Assembly: GCA_946553025.1 (NCBI GenBank)
Contig: CAMNRM010000022.1
Coordinates: 2,726-66,725, forward strand
Origin: an uncultured Clostridium sp.
Lineage (GTDB): Bacteria > Bacillota > Clostridia > Lachnospirales > Lachnospiraceae
Length of the DNA: 64,000 nucleotides
Direction of reading: 5' to 3'
Shown here in pieces: positions 19,684 to 28,300 of this stretch. Positions within the stretch are counted from its first letter, which is position 1, and the number at the start of each line of letters is the position of its first letter. The notes below the pieces were generated by a model. It was not told the DNA's origin. It saw only the letters and a list, made by a program, of their open reading frames with translations, and searched no databases. The position numbers and the translations under genes are program-made.

Positions 19684-22600
19684 TTATATTTCGTCAACCT
19701 GAATTCTCTTTCTGCGCTCCCCATAATACTGTACTTCCATTCCTGCCATCATCAAAGCAAGTAATAACAGTACCCAGCCAAATTCTTTAATTAATCCTAA
19801 TCCAGGGCCGCCAGTGTCGGGAAGAACTGCGGTATATGCAGGTTCGTTGGTTACCTCTAATACATTGTTTGTAATACCTTGCCTTTGGCCTTCCGTATTG
19901 TAATAATAGCAATTGACTGTTCCATCTTCCTGAACAATTATTTCTATCTTGATGTCTTCTTCCAACAACTTATATCCTGGTGCCGTCTTAACTTCATGCA
20001 GATAATAATAACCTGGTGCCAGATTAGAAAACGTAAATGTACCAAATTTTGTTCTCTTCTCAGTATCTACATTTGCTGTCCCCGCCGTCATTGTTACAAC
20101 ATCGCCAATTGGCTTATATACCTCAGAATCCTTGCTCCAATTTTCATCGGTACTATACAGCTGAAATTCAACATCTTCTACTTTTGATGAAGAAAAGCTT
20201 GTTCCATCCTCTAAAATCTTTTTTACGGAAAAACTTCCTTTTACCGCTACATAATGCGCATAAAAGATTTTTGGACCTGTTATTGACCAGCTTGATGGTG
20301 CTTTATTTACATATTTGTCTTCATACCATCCATCAAAACGATATATGGTTCCATCCCCTGCTACATAAATTTCAGGAAAAGCTTTATCTGCATTGTGGGG
20401 CTGAATCTTACCCTCCTTATTCGCTTCTGATATAATAGGAATGGTTGAGAAATTGCCTTGTGCATCTTTCGTATATTTTACACTTACCGTTTCTGCATCC
20501 TTATCAGGATAAACCACCTCATATCCTATATTCACTGAATTATCAATAAGTAACGTAACCATACCATCAACATGCAATAACGTAGTTCTATCAATTACAG
20601 GCGGTTTCGTTTCCTCACCTTTGATTGTATAACCGTTAGAAGCAAGCGATACCGTTAATGTTGACCAGCTAAGTTGATAACTCCAATTCTCATCCCTGCC
20701 ATAATATTTATCTAATCCTTTGTTGATTGATGATTCAGTTGGTCCGCTTATAATCAAACTTTCAATATCTTCTCGTGATTCACGCCTATCAAACTTATCC
20801 GGAACAATTACTTCTCCAAATGTAGTTACACCTGTTGTCACATTTTTTTTATTTGTTATATCTGTAGGATCTTCTTGGGGACCAACATACGTATAATCCT
20901 TTTTATTTCCTGTTTCAGTACTCTGTGGCAAAAGCACATAGAATAACGTCTTATAAGAAAATACCGCATAATATCTCGTAACTCCAACACTCGTATCTAC
21001 ACTTAAACCAGTTCCATTATGATAATCTTTTGAATTTGGTTCTAATGCCCATCCCTTAAAGTTAAGACTATTAATAAAATTATGAAACGAAGGATTACCT
21101 GTTTGCTTACTGGATGATGTCAGCTTTCCTCTTATCGCTTCCGGTTCACCTTCAAAATACGGCGGTATTGGTGTTTCACCATCTCCGACATAAGTAACCT
21201 TGTCAAGTTCACCATTTACATACCACTCAACTTTGTGGAGATTTACATTTGGCCTATCAATTATCCAATAAAATCTGCTTGCATTATTTGTTTCGGTAGT
21301 TGTTTCCGTATTTACTGTTTTATCAGTATTTAAGGAAATTGTTGTGTTTAATGTTGCAAAAGCGGCACTAGTAACTCTGTTATTATCGTTATTATACGTG
21401 CCTGTAATTGTCGTTGTAATTACATTGTTAATTCTACTTTGGGTAACAGAAAAATCAGTTATCAAATAAGTACTATTGCCATTCTTATAATAGACGTTTG
21501 TCGGATGCACAGTAGTTTTATCATCAACCGATGTTATGCCTGATAGTGCAAGGTTAATATCTTCAACCGATATTGTTTTTATACCAAGAGCGCTTACACT
21601 AGAATCGTTACTAGTGTTTACAGGAAAAGTAACATCACCCGTCCCAAGACTTACATATTGACTTCCATTAATTGTCACAGCTGCAGTTTCACCGGCATCA
21701 GCTTCCCGATACACGTTCACATTCACATTGGCATCTACTCGTTTCAGATTTCCCGTATCCCAACCTGAATTTCCAATAATCGCCCAAACCGTAAAATGCT
21801 CCGCCCTTACCTGAATACTGTCAATACTATCCCCTTCATCCTCCTGAATCCGGGTTATTTCGTCTTCATTTACACGGATATCTTCTGCCGTTACATCCTC
21901 TAACAGCGGAAGGGTTTCCACTTCCCCGTCGGCTGCCTCTACGATTTGTGTAGGCGTTTCCAGTGGTGCGACTTCTATGCTTTCTCCGTTTTGTTTCAGT
22001 TCTTCGATTCTTTCACCGGAAAATTCTACATTGACATAGTTTCCGCTCCAGGAAGCATTGCTCAGTTTTTTTCCGTCAAGCATCAGGTTAATATCATAGG
22101 CAATTACGGTCTGTACTTCGGTTCCTTTTTCTGCCTTGACATTTTCCTTTACGGCTTCTTCTACTTTTTCGGTTACTTCCTCTACCGTAAGATAAGTTCC
22201 CTCCGGAAGAATATTCTCTCCTGCGGATACGGTAACGGTCACGCCGTTTACGGTTTTCGACTCCCGGAATGCCGGATGTGTTCCTTCGGTGATTTCCTTC
22301 AAGGTAATCTCAATATCCTGGCTTTCCAGTACTGAAGGTATCCTGAAATATTTGGTATCTTCTTTTACATAGTCCTCGTTTACTTTTTCCGCATTTGATG
22401 CACTGGCCAGGTTTTCCGGATTTACTTTTTCCAGCATTTCGCCATTTGCCGTTACCTCAAAAACCCGATAGCCAACCTGCGGCGTTACTCCAAAGATAAC
22501 TTCCGATTCATCCCTTACCAGTTCCGGTGCATTGACCACAACTGCACTTCCTGCCGGTGAAATGGTGTAGGTGAGAATATGTCCGCCCTCGATTAAGTCT

Positions 22601-24762
22601 TCTTTATTCATCCCCAGCTTTTCTAAGGTGGTTACGAATGCTCTGGCGGTTAAACCGTCTTCAAATGCAACCAGATTGAGAACCTTTCCTTCCAGGACTC
22701 CCCTTTTCTTAAATGGGTCCGTTTCTTCTACAGGTGTCTGATTGCCTTCGATTTCTGCGAGTTCATCTTCTTCCCAGATTTCTTCCTCGGCGTCAAATAC
22801 TGTTTCCGTTTCTGTTGTTTCCCCGGTCACTGCCTCTGCTCCGGCGGCTACTATTTCTGCTGTTTCCCCGGTCGTTGCTTCGGCTACTGCTTCCGCCGCT
22901 TCTTCAGTCACTGCCTCCGATCCGGCTTCCATTTCCGCCGTTTCTTCGGTCATTGCCTCCGCTTTGCTTTCGGTTTCTGCTGTTTCCCCGGTCACTGCTT
23001 CTGTTTCAGCTTCGGTTTCAATCAAAACTTCTGTTTCTTTCTCCGTTTCTGACTCTTCCTCTGTTTTCGGTTCTGTTTCTATTTCCGATTCTTCCTCGGT
23101 TTCCGGCTCTTCTATTTCCGGCTCTTCCTCGTTTTCTGTTTCTTCTTCCGGTTCTGAAACTTCTGAAGCTTCTATCTCTTCTGCCGAAATATCTTCCGGT
23201 TCTGCTACCCGCAAAATCTGGTGCGGGGAAATTTGCAGGCTGTTTATGCTGACTTCCTTGGCGGAACTGTTTTCGGATTTGGAATCTGATGATTTGGAAT
23301 CTCCGGATTTAGAATCTTCTTTATGGTCATTTCCGGAAGATGCCTTATCATCTTTCGCTCCGCTTTTTTCTTCTTTCGAGGAATCCTTTTCTGTTGTCTT
23401 ATCACTGCCAGACGACTTATCTTTATCTGACCCAGATTGTTCGCTTCCGGACGACTTATCCTTATCTGCCCCAGACTGCTCGCTTCCGGATGACTTATCT
23501 TTATCCGATGCAGACCGTTCGCTTCCGGACTTATTCCCTGCCTCTGCCTTGTCAGCGGATTTTTCTCCGTCTTTGTTTTCATTGACCGCTTTTTCGGATT
23601 CCTGCCCATGATTATTATCTTTATCGCTGCTTACTTCACTACTGTTTCCTTTGCTGTCATTTTCTTTACTGTCGTTTTCTTTGATACCGTTTTCCTTACT
23701 GTCGTCAGCTTTACTGTCATTTCCCTGATTGCCGCTTACTTCACCGTTATCTTCTTTACGGTCAGCTTCCGCGCTGTTATTTTCTTTCTTACCGTTTACT
23801 TCCTGATTATCTTCTTTATTATTTTCTTCTTGACTGCCTTCTTCTTGACGGCTTCCTTCATTCTCCTTCTCATCTGCTTTTCCTTCCTCTGACGCCGCTG
23901 CGGATTCGGTCGGATGCTGTTTATCGGAAGTTTCTGTCATTATCTCTTCGCGGCTTTCTCCGGCTGCAGTTTCCTCTGCTCTGCTCTCATGGTCCTGCAC
24001 TGCTTCAATACTTTCCTCATCTTGATTTACCGCTTCGCCTTCCTCTTCCCTGCCTGCTCCTTTGCTCTCTTCGCCCGGATTTACGTTTTCATCTGCCGTT
24101 TCACTATCCTGCTTTGCCTCTTCACTGCTCAGCTTACCGCTCTCATCACCTGCCCCGGAACCATTTCCCAAAACAGAACCACCAGAAGCACTTTCCCCGT
24201 CCTTCTCTTCCTCATCCCCAAATACTGCTTCATATGCTCTTACGGTACTGAATCCGGAAATCAAACCGTCGATGTTCAGTCTTGCCGATATACTTTCTTC
24301 GCCGTCATTGATATACACAAAGTACAGTTCCTCTTCCCCGTTCAATACATGGGTTTTTGGATCGGCTTCTTCGGGCAGGCGCATAAATACTCTTAAATCT
24401 ACCCCGTCCACACCCTTTACGGTTCCGGTTTCCTTGGTAAGATTCAATTCATACAGCTTCCCGTCTGCGGCAAATAATTTTTCATATTCTTTTACAACAT
24501 TTTCATCTTTGCCGCTAATTAAAATTTCCTTACTTATCGCCTCTCCCTTATCCAGTGCCTTTTCTGCGGCCTTCTGGATATCCTTTGCACGAATCTGGAA
24601 TTCTTCCCTGGGTGCCGGAGTTGCTGCTGAAACCGTATTTACCGAAGTGGCCATATTTCCGATTATCATCACAGCCGTCAGCACCATGGACATCCACGCC
24701 CTTATCTGATGCGTTGCGTTTATCCGCCGCGTGCTCTTTCGTGACCTTCCTCTTGCCTCCAT
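19684..24762 (-). CDS. Large LPxTG (LPDTG) tip adhesin / surface protein
   Basis: 1692 aa; signal peptide, long acidic low-complexity stalk, ASASNA motif, C-terminal SpaA domain with E-box YYYLHEVKTAPGY, LPDTGG + TM. Confidence 0.8.
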   Translation of the reverse strand: MEARGRSRKSTRRINATHQIRAWMSMVLTAVMIIGNMATSVNTVSAATPAPREEFQIRAKDIQKAAEKALDKGEAISKEILISGKDENVVKEYEKLFAADGKLYELNLTKETGTVKGVDGVDLRVFMRLPEEADPKTHVLNGEEELYFVYINDGEESISARLNIDGLISGFSTVRAYEAVFGDEEEKDGESASGGSVLGNGSGAGDESGKLSSEEAKQDSETADENVNPGEESKGAGREEEGEAVNQDEESIEAVQDHESRAEETAAGESREEIMTETSDKQHPTESAAASEEGKADEKENEGSRQEEGSQEENNKEDNQEVNGKKENNSAEADRKEDNGEVSGNQGNDSKADDSKENGIKENDSKENDSKGNSSEVSSDKDNNHGQESEKAVNENKDGEKSADKAEAGNKSGSERSASDKDKSSGSEQSGADKDKSSGSEQSGSDKDKSSGSDKTTEKDSSKEEKSGAKDDKASSGNDHKEDSKSGDSKSSDSKSENSSAKEVSINSLQISPHQILRVAEPEDISAEEIEASEVSEPEEETENEEEPEIEEPETEEESEIETEPKTEEESETEKETEVLIETEAETEAVTGETAETESKAEAMTEETAEMEAGSEAVTEEAAEAVAEATTGETAEIVAAGAEAVTGETTETETVFDAEEEIWEEDELAEIEGNQTPVEETDPFKKRGVLEGKVLNLVAFEDGLTARAFVTTLEKLGMNKEDLIEGGHILTYTISPAGSAVVVNAPELVRDESEVIFGVTPQVGYRVFEVTANGEMLEKVNPENLASASNAEKVNEDYVKEDTKYFRIPSVLESQDIEITLKEITEGTHPAFRESKTVNGVTVTVSAGENILPEGTYLTVEEVTEKVEEAVKENVKAEKGTEVQTVIAYDINLMLDGKKLSNASWSGNYVNVEFSGERIEELKQNGESIEVAPLETPTQIVEAADGEVETLPLLEDVTAEDIRVNEDEITRIQEDEGDSIDSIQVRAEHFTVWAIIGNSGWDTGNLKRVDANVNVNVYREADAGETAAVTINGSQYVSLGTGDVTFPVNTSNDSSVSALGIKTISVEDINLALSGITSVDDKTTVHPTNVYYKNGNSTYLITDFSVTQSRINNVITTTITGTYNNDNNRVTSAAFATLNTTISLNTDKTVNTETTTETNNASRFYWIIDRPNVNLHKVEWYVNGELDKVTYVGDGETPIPPYFEGEPEAIRGKLTSSSKQTGNPSFHNFINSLNFKGWALEPNSKDYHNGTGLSVDTSVGVTRYYAVFSYKTLFYVLLPQSTETGNKKDYTYVGPQEDPTDITNKKNVTTGVTTFGEVIVPDKFDRRESREDIESLIISGPTESSINKGLDKYYGRDENWSYQLSWSTLTVSLASNGYTIKGEETKPPVIDRTTLLHVDGMVTLLIDNSVNIGYEVVYPDKDAETVSVKYTKDAQGNFSTIPIISEANKEGKIQPHNADKAFPEIYVAGDGTIYRFDGWYEDKYVNKAPSSWSITGPKIFYAHYVAVKGSFSVKKILEDGTSFSSSKVEDVEFQLYSTDENWSKDSEVYKPIGDVVTMTAGTANVDTEKRTKFGTFTFSNLAPGYYYLHEVKTAPGYKLLEEDIKIEIIVQEDGTVNCYYYNTEGQRQGITNNVLEVTNEPAYTAVLPDTGGPGLGLIKEFGWVLLLLALMMAGMEVQYYGERRKRIQVDEI

Positions 24763-24983
24763 CTTCTTCTCCCTTCCTTTTCTCTGCCCTATCTTTCTCT
24801 ATTCGCCTGCTGCCTTGTTTTCTCTGTTCTGTCTTTCTCCGCCAACCTGCTGCCTTATCTTCTCTATTCTGTCTTTCTCCGCCAGCCTGCTGCCTTATCT
24901 TCTCCGTTCTGTCTTTCTCCACCAGCCTGCTACCTTATCTTCTCTATCCTGTCTTTCTCCATCAGCCTGCTGCCTTGTCTTCT
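24761..24983. repeat. 40-bp tandem repeat, about 5 copies, immediately upstream of the adhesin start
   Basis: GTCTTTCTCC recurs at 24831, 24871, 24911 and 24951; unit approximately GCCAGCCTGCTGCCTTATCTTCTCTATTCTGTCTTTCTCC. Confidence 0.9.
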
Positions 24984-25142
24984 TCCATAGCATTGTCCAT
25001 CAGTTTTACCAGTTCCAGAAAACTGCGGAACGTCAGGGTTTCGTTCTTCCCCAGCCATGTTACCTGTCCCTGCCAGGTTGCGTTTTCCTGACTCAGGATA
25101 TGCACAACGAATGTTTCTTTTCTGTTCATTCCATCCTCCACT

Positions 25143-26384
25143 CTATGCCCCTTTTTGCGGGCATTCCAGCCGCTGTGCCTGTTCTACCTCATCCACAGAA
25201 TATTCTACCTTTGCCCGCCCTCCGACCTTTTTCCATTTGCTCTTCAGCCGGGAAAGCATCTGATTTTTATTTGCTCTTCCTGCGCCGGACAGCAGCACCA
25301 GATACTGGTTTTTGCTGTACTGCGTATAGACATCACCCGCACGGGTTCCTTCGGAGATTACCTTCTTAAACAGTTCCATCTGCTCCTTGCTTTCGTCTTC
25401 CCTCCACTCTCCCCGATCCGCGGACAATGTACATAAAAGCAAAAGACTTTGTTCTTTATTCGTTTCATCCATCCTCGCCCGTATTCGGTAAATATCCATA
25501 AAACTCGGATAACTGCACGGATATGCACCAATGGTTTTTTCTTTTTCGTCTTCGTCCAGCATTTCTTTCATCTTTTCCAGCGCCTGAACCAGAGGAACCT
25601 GATTGGAAGGCGGCGGATATTTGACCATAACCCGTTCTAAGGAATTCACACCCAGGTCTTTATAAAACAGTTCACTTGCTTCCGTATAAACTTTCTCGGC
25701 TTCCTTCCTGCGGTCTAACGCCATCAGACATTCAATCTGCAGCGCCTGCCATTCATCATAAGGATGAAACTGACTGGCCGATGCGGCAAAATGCAGAAGC
25801 CGTTCAAATTTCTTCTGCTCTTTTAAGCGAATGGAAAGCTGATTTAAACAGGTGAAATACCATTTCTGGTAATGTGCGCTTTCCATAACCACCCATTCTT
25901 CCCCGCCCAGTACGGAGAGGAACTCTCCTGTATAACTTTCACAGTATTCTTCATACAGCTTCCAGAGCTTTTGTTTTTCTTCTTCTGTACCCGTCCGGCT
26001 TCGGATTTGGCGGATAATTCCATCCAGCTTTTCCGTATCCGCCGACAGCGGATAGTCTAAAGTAAAGTAATAACGCCCGCCCCGGTATATGATGTAATCT
26101 CCCGGAGGAAATTCTGTACTGTTAATCAATTCACGCATCCGATGAAGCTGCTGGCGGAAGTTATTCAGCCGTTTTTTATTATCGGTTTCTCCCGGACGAA
26201 CCAGTTCCACAAGTTCCTTCTTTTCACATCCCTGCGCTCCGGCTTTCAGCAGATAGTAGATTAACTGCATGGTCTTTCCCTGGGGATTGGTCTTTAATGT
26301 TATTCTCTGCCCTAAAAAACACAGAGAAAATTCGCCTAAAAACTTTACATAAAACCCTTTCGACGATTTATCGTTCATGAACAT
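25143..26384 (-). CDS. SARP/BTAD-family transcriptional activator with degenerate GGDEF-like C-terminal domain
   Basis: VKFLGEFSL winged-helix start, YTGEFL...EEWV...HPYDEW BTAD/TPR region, C-terminal RAGDVYTQYSKNQYLVLL. Start moved to 26384 (SD GGGAAAGGGGG). Confidence 0.75.
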   Translation of the reverse strand: MFMNDKSSKGFYVKFLGEFSLCFLGQRITLKTNPQGKTMQLIYYLLKAGAQGCEKKELVELVRPGETDNKKRLNNFRQQLHRMRELINSTEFPPGDYIIYRGGRYYFTLDYPLSADTEKLDGIIRQIRSRTGTEEEKQKLWKLYEEYCESYTGEFLSVLGGEEWVVMESAHYQKWYFTCLNQLSIRLKEQKKFERLLHFAASASQFHPYDEWQALQIECLMALDRRKEAEKVYTEASELFYKDLGVNSLERVMVKYPPPSNQVPLVQALEKMKEMLDEDEKEKTIGAYPCSYPSFMDIYRIRARMDETNKEQSLLLLCTLSADRGEWREDESKEQMELFKKVISEGTRAGDVYTQYSKNQYLVLLSGAGRANKNQMLSRLKSKWKKVGGRAKVEYSVDEVEQAQRLECPQKGA

Positions 26385-26467
26385 CCCCCTTTCCCTGCAC
26401 CGCCTGCCTGCACGCCTTTTTTGCATGTTCAGGATTCGGTTTTCCTTGATTTTCTGCGGTTTTTTCG

Positions 26468-26497
26468 GTGTCAACTAAACTATACTTTAGTTGACAC
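26468..26497. repeat. Left recombination-type site (12-6-12 quasi-palindrome)
   Basis: GTGTCAACTAAA-CTATAC-TTTAGTTGACAC; the arms are perfect reverse complements. Confidence 0.85.
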
Positions 26498-26604
26498 TAT
26501 TTTTTACAGAAATTGGGCTGAGAATTGTTTTAACTCAGGGATTTTTTTTAAGATTTACAAAGAATATGTCTGATAATAATAGAATACAAGCGCAAATTTA
26601 CTGC

Positions 26605-26633
26605 ACAATAAAAAAAGAAACTCCGAGTGTCAA
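26605..26633 (-). promoter_or_regulatory. Sigma-A promoter inside the putative invertible segment, facing the BTAD regulator and pilus genes
   Basis: Minus strand TTGACA (26633-26628), 17-bp spacer, TATTGT (26610-26605). Confidence 0.75.
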
Positions 26634-26656
26634 CTAAAGTATAGTTTGGTTTACAC
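26627..26656. repeat. Right recombination-type site, inverted relative to the left
   Basis: GTGTCAACTAAA-GTATAG-TTTGGTTTACAC equals the reverse complement of the left site with 2 mismatches in the outer arm. Confidence 0.85.
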
Positions 26657-26872
26657 TTTAGAAGCACGCCGAAGCCTGTAATTCTCGCTGCTATTTGCCC
26701 GTAAAACACGGTTAAATATGGGCTTTCTATCGCTTTGTTAGGTTGAGTATAGCATATAAGGTGTTAAAAAAAGCATTTCATCTCTGAAAAAAAATGAAAT
26801 TTTTTCAAATTTTTTCGGAATGGATTGCACGGATAAGCATATAAGTAAAGAAGGATACCCGTAAAAATACAA

Positions 26873-26901
26873 TTGAAAATCTCTCCGAACAAAGGTATAA
26901 T
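26873..26901 (+). promoter_or_regulatory. Sigma-A promoter of lipoprotein gene
   Basis: TTGAAA (26873-26878), 17 bp, TATAAT (26896-26901). Confidence 0.8.
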
Positions 26902-26927
26902 GGGGCTAACAAGGAGGAAGCACGATT

Positions 26928-28223
26928 ATGATGAAAAAAATTATGCCAAAGAAACGCCTTATTCCCCTAATTGCCGCAGCCTGCATCCTGCATGGCTGCT
27001 CATCTGCGCCCGTATCTTCTCCGGAGGCAGAAACCACCGCCGTGGTTTTGTCCGAAGAATCTCAGGAGGAAAATGCAGAAAACGAAGAAACGAAAGCAGA
27101 GGAATCTAAGGACAAGGATGCCGACAGCAAGGAATCCAAAGACGGACAGGAAAACGAGCAGTCGGAGGAAAACGCCGGGGAAAACAAAGATAAGGAAAGC
27201 AGCAGTGACAGTGAATCCAACGACAGCGATAAAGAAGGCAGCGATAAATCATCCGATGAAAGTTCTGAAGAAGATGATCAGGACAACAAGGAAAAGAAGG
27301 ATAAATTTATCCAGACCGTAAAAGATGCACGTCCGGAATCCTTTTCCGGATGTACCTACGGCAAAGCATTTGACGAATTTTTTACTTCTCCGCAGTGGGA
27401 TTATTTTGAAAGCACCAACGGTCAGAATGTTGTGGAATTTACCGGAGAATGTATGTATGCCGGTTCACCGACAAAAGCAAGGATGCAGTTCACCGTCAGC
27501 AGTTCTTCTGTGGTAACTACCGGCGCTCTCTACTACAATAATGCACCGCAGACCACAAAAATCATTACAGAATCCCTGAACCGGATTTTTGAACAATACG
27601 CCAAAGCACACGATATCGCCTACACGCTTCCCACAGCCGAAGCAGCAAAAACCAACCAGACGAATGCTCTTCCGCCGGAAACCCAGGCAGAAAATTCTTC
27701 GTCCCAAAACACAGAAAATCAAAATGCACAATCACAAAACATAGAAGCACAAAATACAGAAAACCAAAACATTCAGGAAGGAAACCCACAGACACAAAAC
27801 GCCCCCCAGACCAACGCGGTTCAATCCGGCGGTGCCCAGGCTGCTCTTTCCTTTGCCGCATGGACGAACCCCAATATCGGTTCCTGGCACTCTCCTTCCA
27901 CCGGCTACTATGTTATCCCCTATATTGACAGCGCCGGAAATCCTTCCCTGCGCTTTGCCAATGAAAATACCAAGGATTCCTCTGCCACGGTTTACTACAC
28001 GGATGCCGTAAGCGCCGTAACCAACGACGCCGGAGGACTCACCTACCAGGCTTACCTCTACAAGCCTTCCGGGGAAAACCAGCAGCTTGTCGGCATGGTT
28101 GAAGTGACCTGGAATTCATCTGCGGAACTTAAATCCTTTTCCGTAAAGATGATTAACGGAAACCAGACGATGGATAACTCGATGGCGGGGAGTGATTATG
28201 CCTATTTTGGAACTGCAAACTAA
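26928..28223 (+). CDS. Hypothetical lipoprotein with acidic and Q/N-rich linkers
   Basis: Lipobox ILHGC; S/E/D/K-rich and QN-rich low-complexity segments separate two globular domains. Confidence 0.7.
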   Translation: MMKKIMPKKRLIPLIAAACILHGCSSAPVSSPEAETTAVVLSEESQEENAENEETKAEESKDKDADSKESKDGQENEQSEENAGENKDKESSSDSESNDSDKEGSDKSSDESSEEDDQDNKEKKDKFIQTVKDARPESFSGCTYGKAFDEFFTSPQWDYFESTNGQNVVEFTGECMYAGSPTKARMQFTVSSSSVVTTGALYYNNAPQTTKIITESLNRIFEQYAKAHDIAYTLPTAEAAKTNQTNALPPETQAENSSSQNTENQNAQSQNIEAQNTENQNIQEGNPQTQNAPQTNAVQSGGAQAALSFAAWTNPNIGSWHSPSTGYYVIPYIDSAGNPSLRFANENTKDSSATVYYTDAVSAVTNDAGGLTYQAYLYKPSGENQQLVGMVEVTWNSSAELKSFSVKMINGNQTMDNSMAGSDYAYFGTAN

Positions 28224-28227
28224 CTTC

Positions 28228-28255
28228 AAAAGAGTCCGGCGAACCGGACTCTTTT
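28228..28255. terminator. Bidirectional intrinsic terminator
   Basis: AAAAGAGTCCGG-CGAA-CCGGACTCTTTT. Confidence 0.9.
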
Positions 28256-28300
28256 TTAATACTTCTGATACATTACTTCTGATTCATTGCATACTGCCGC

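Noticed and set aside
24761-24983. CRISPR array, or a real 124-aa ORF (24548-24922), at the 40-bp repeats
   Set aside because: The units are contiguous with no unique spacers and no cas genes; the 40-bp period is not a multiple of 3, and the ORF overlaps the adhesin out of frame.
26385-26474. Extended N-terminus of the BTAD regulator from TTG 26474
   Set aside because: That codon lies inside the left recombination-type site with no SD; a good SD precedes ATG 26384/26378.
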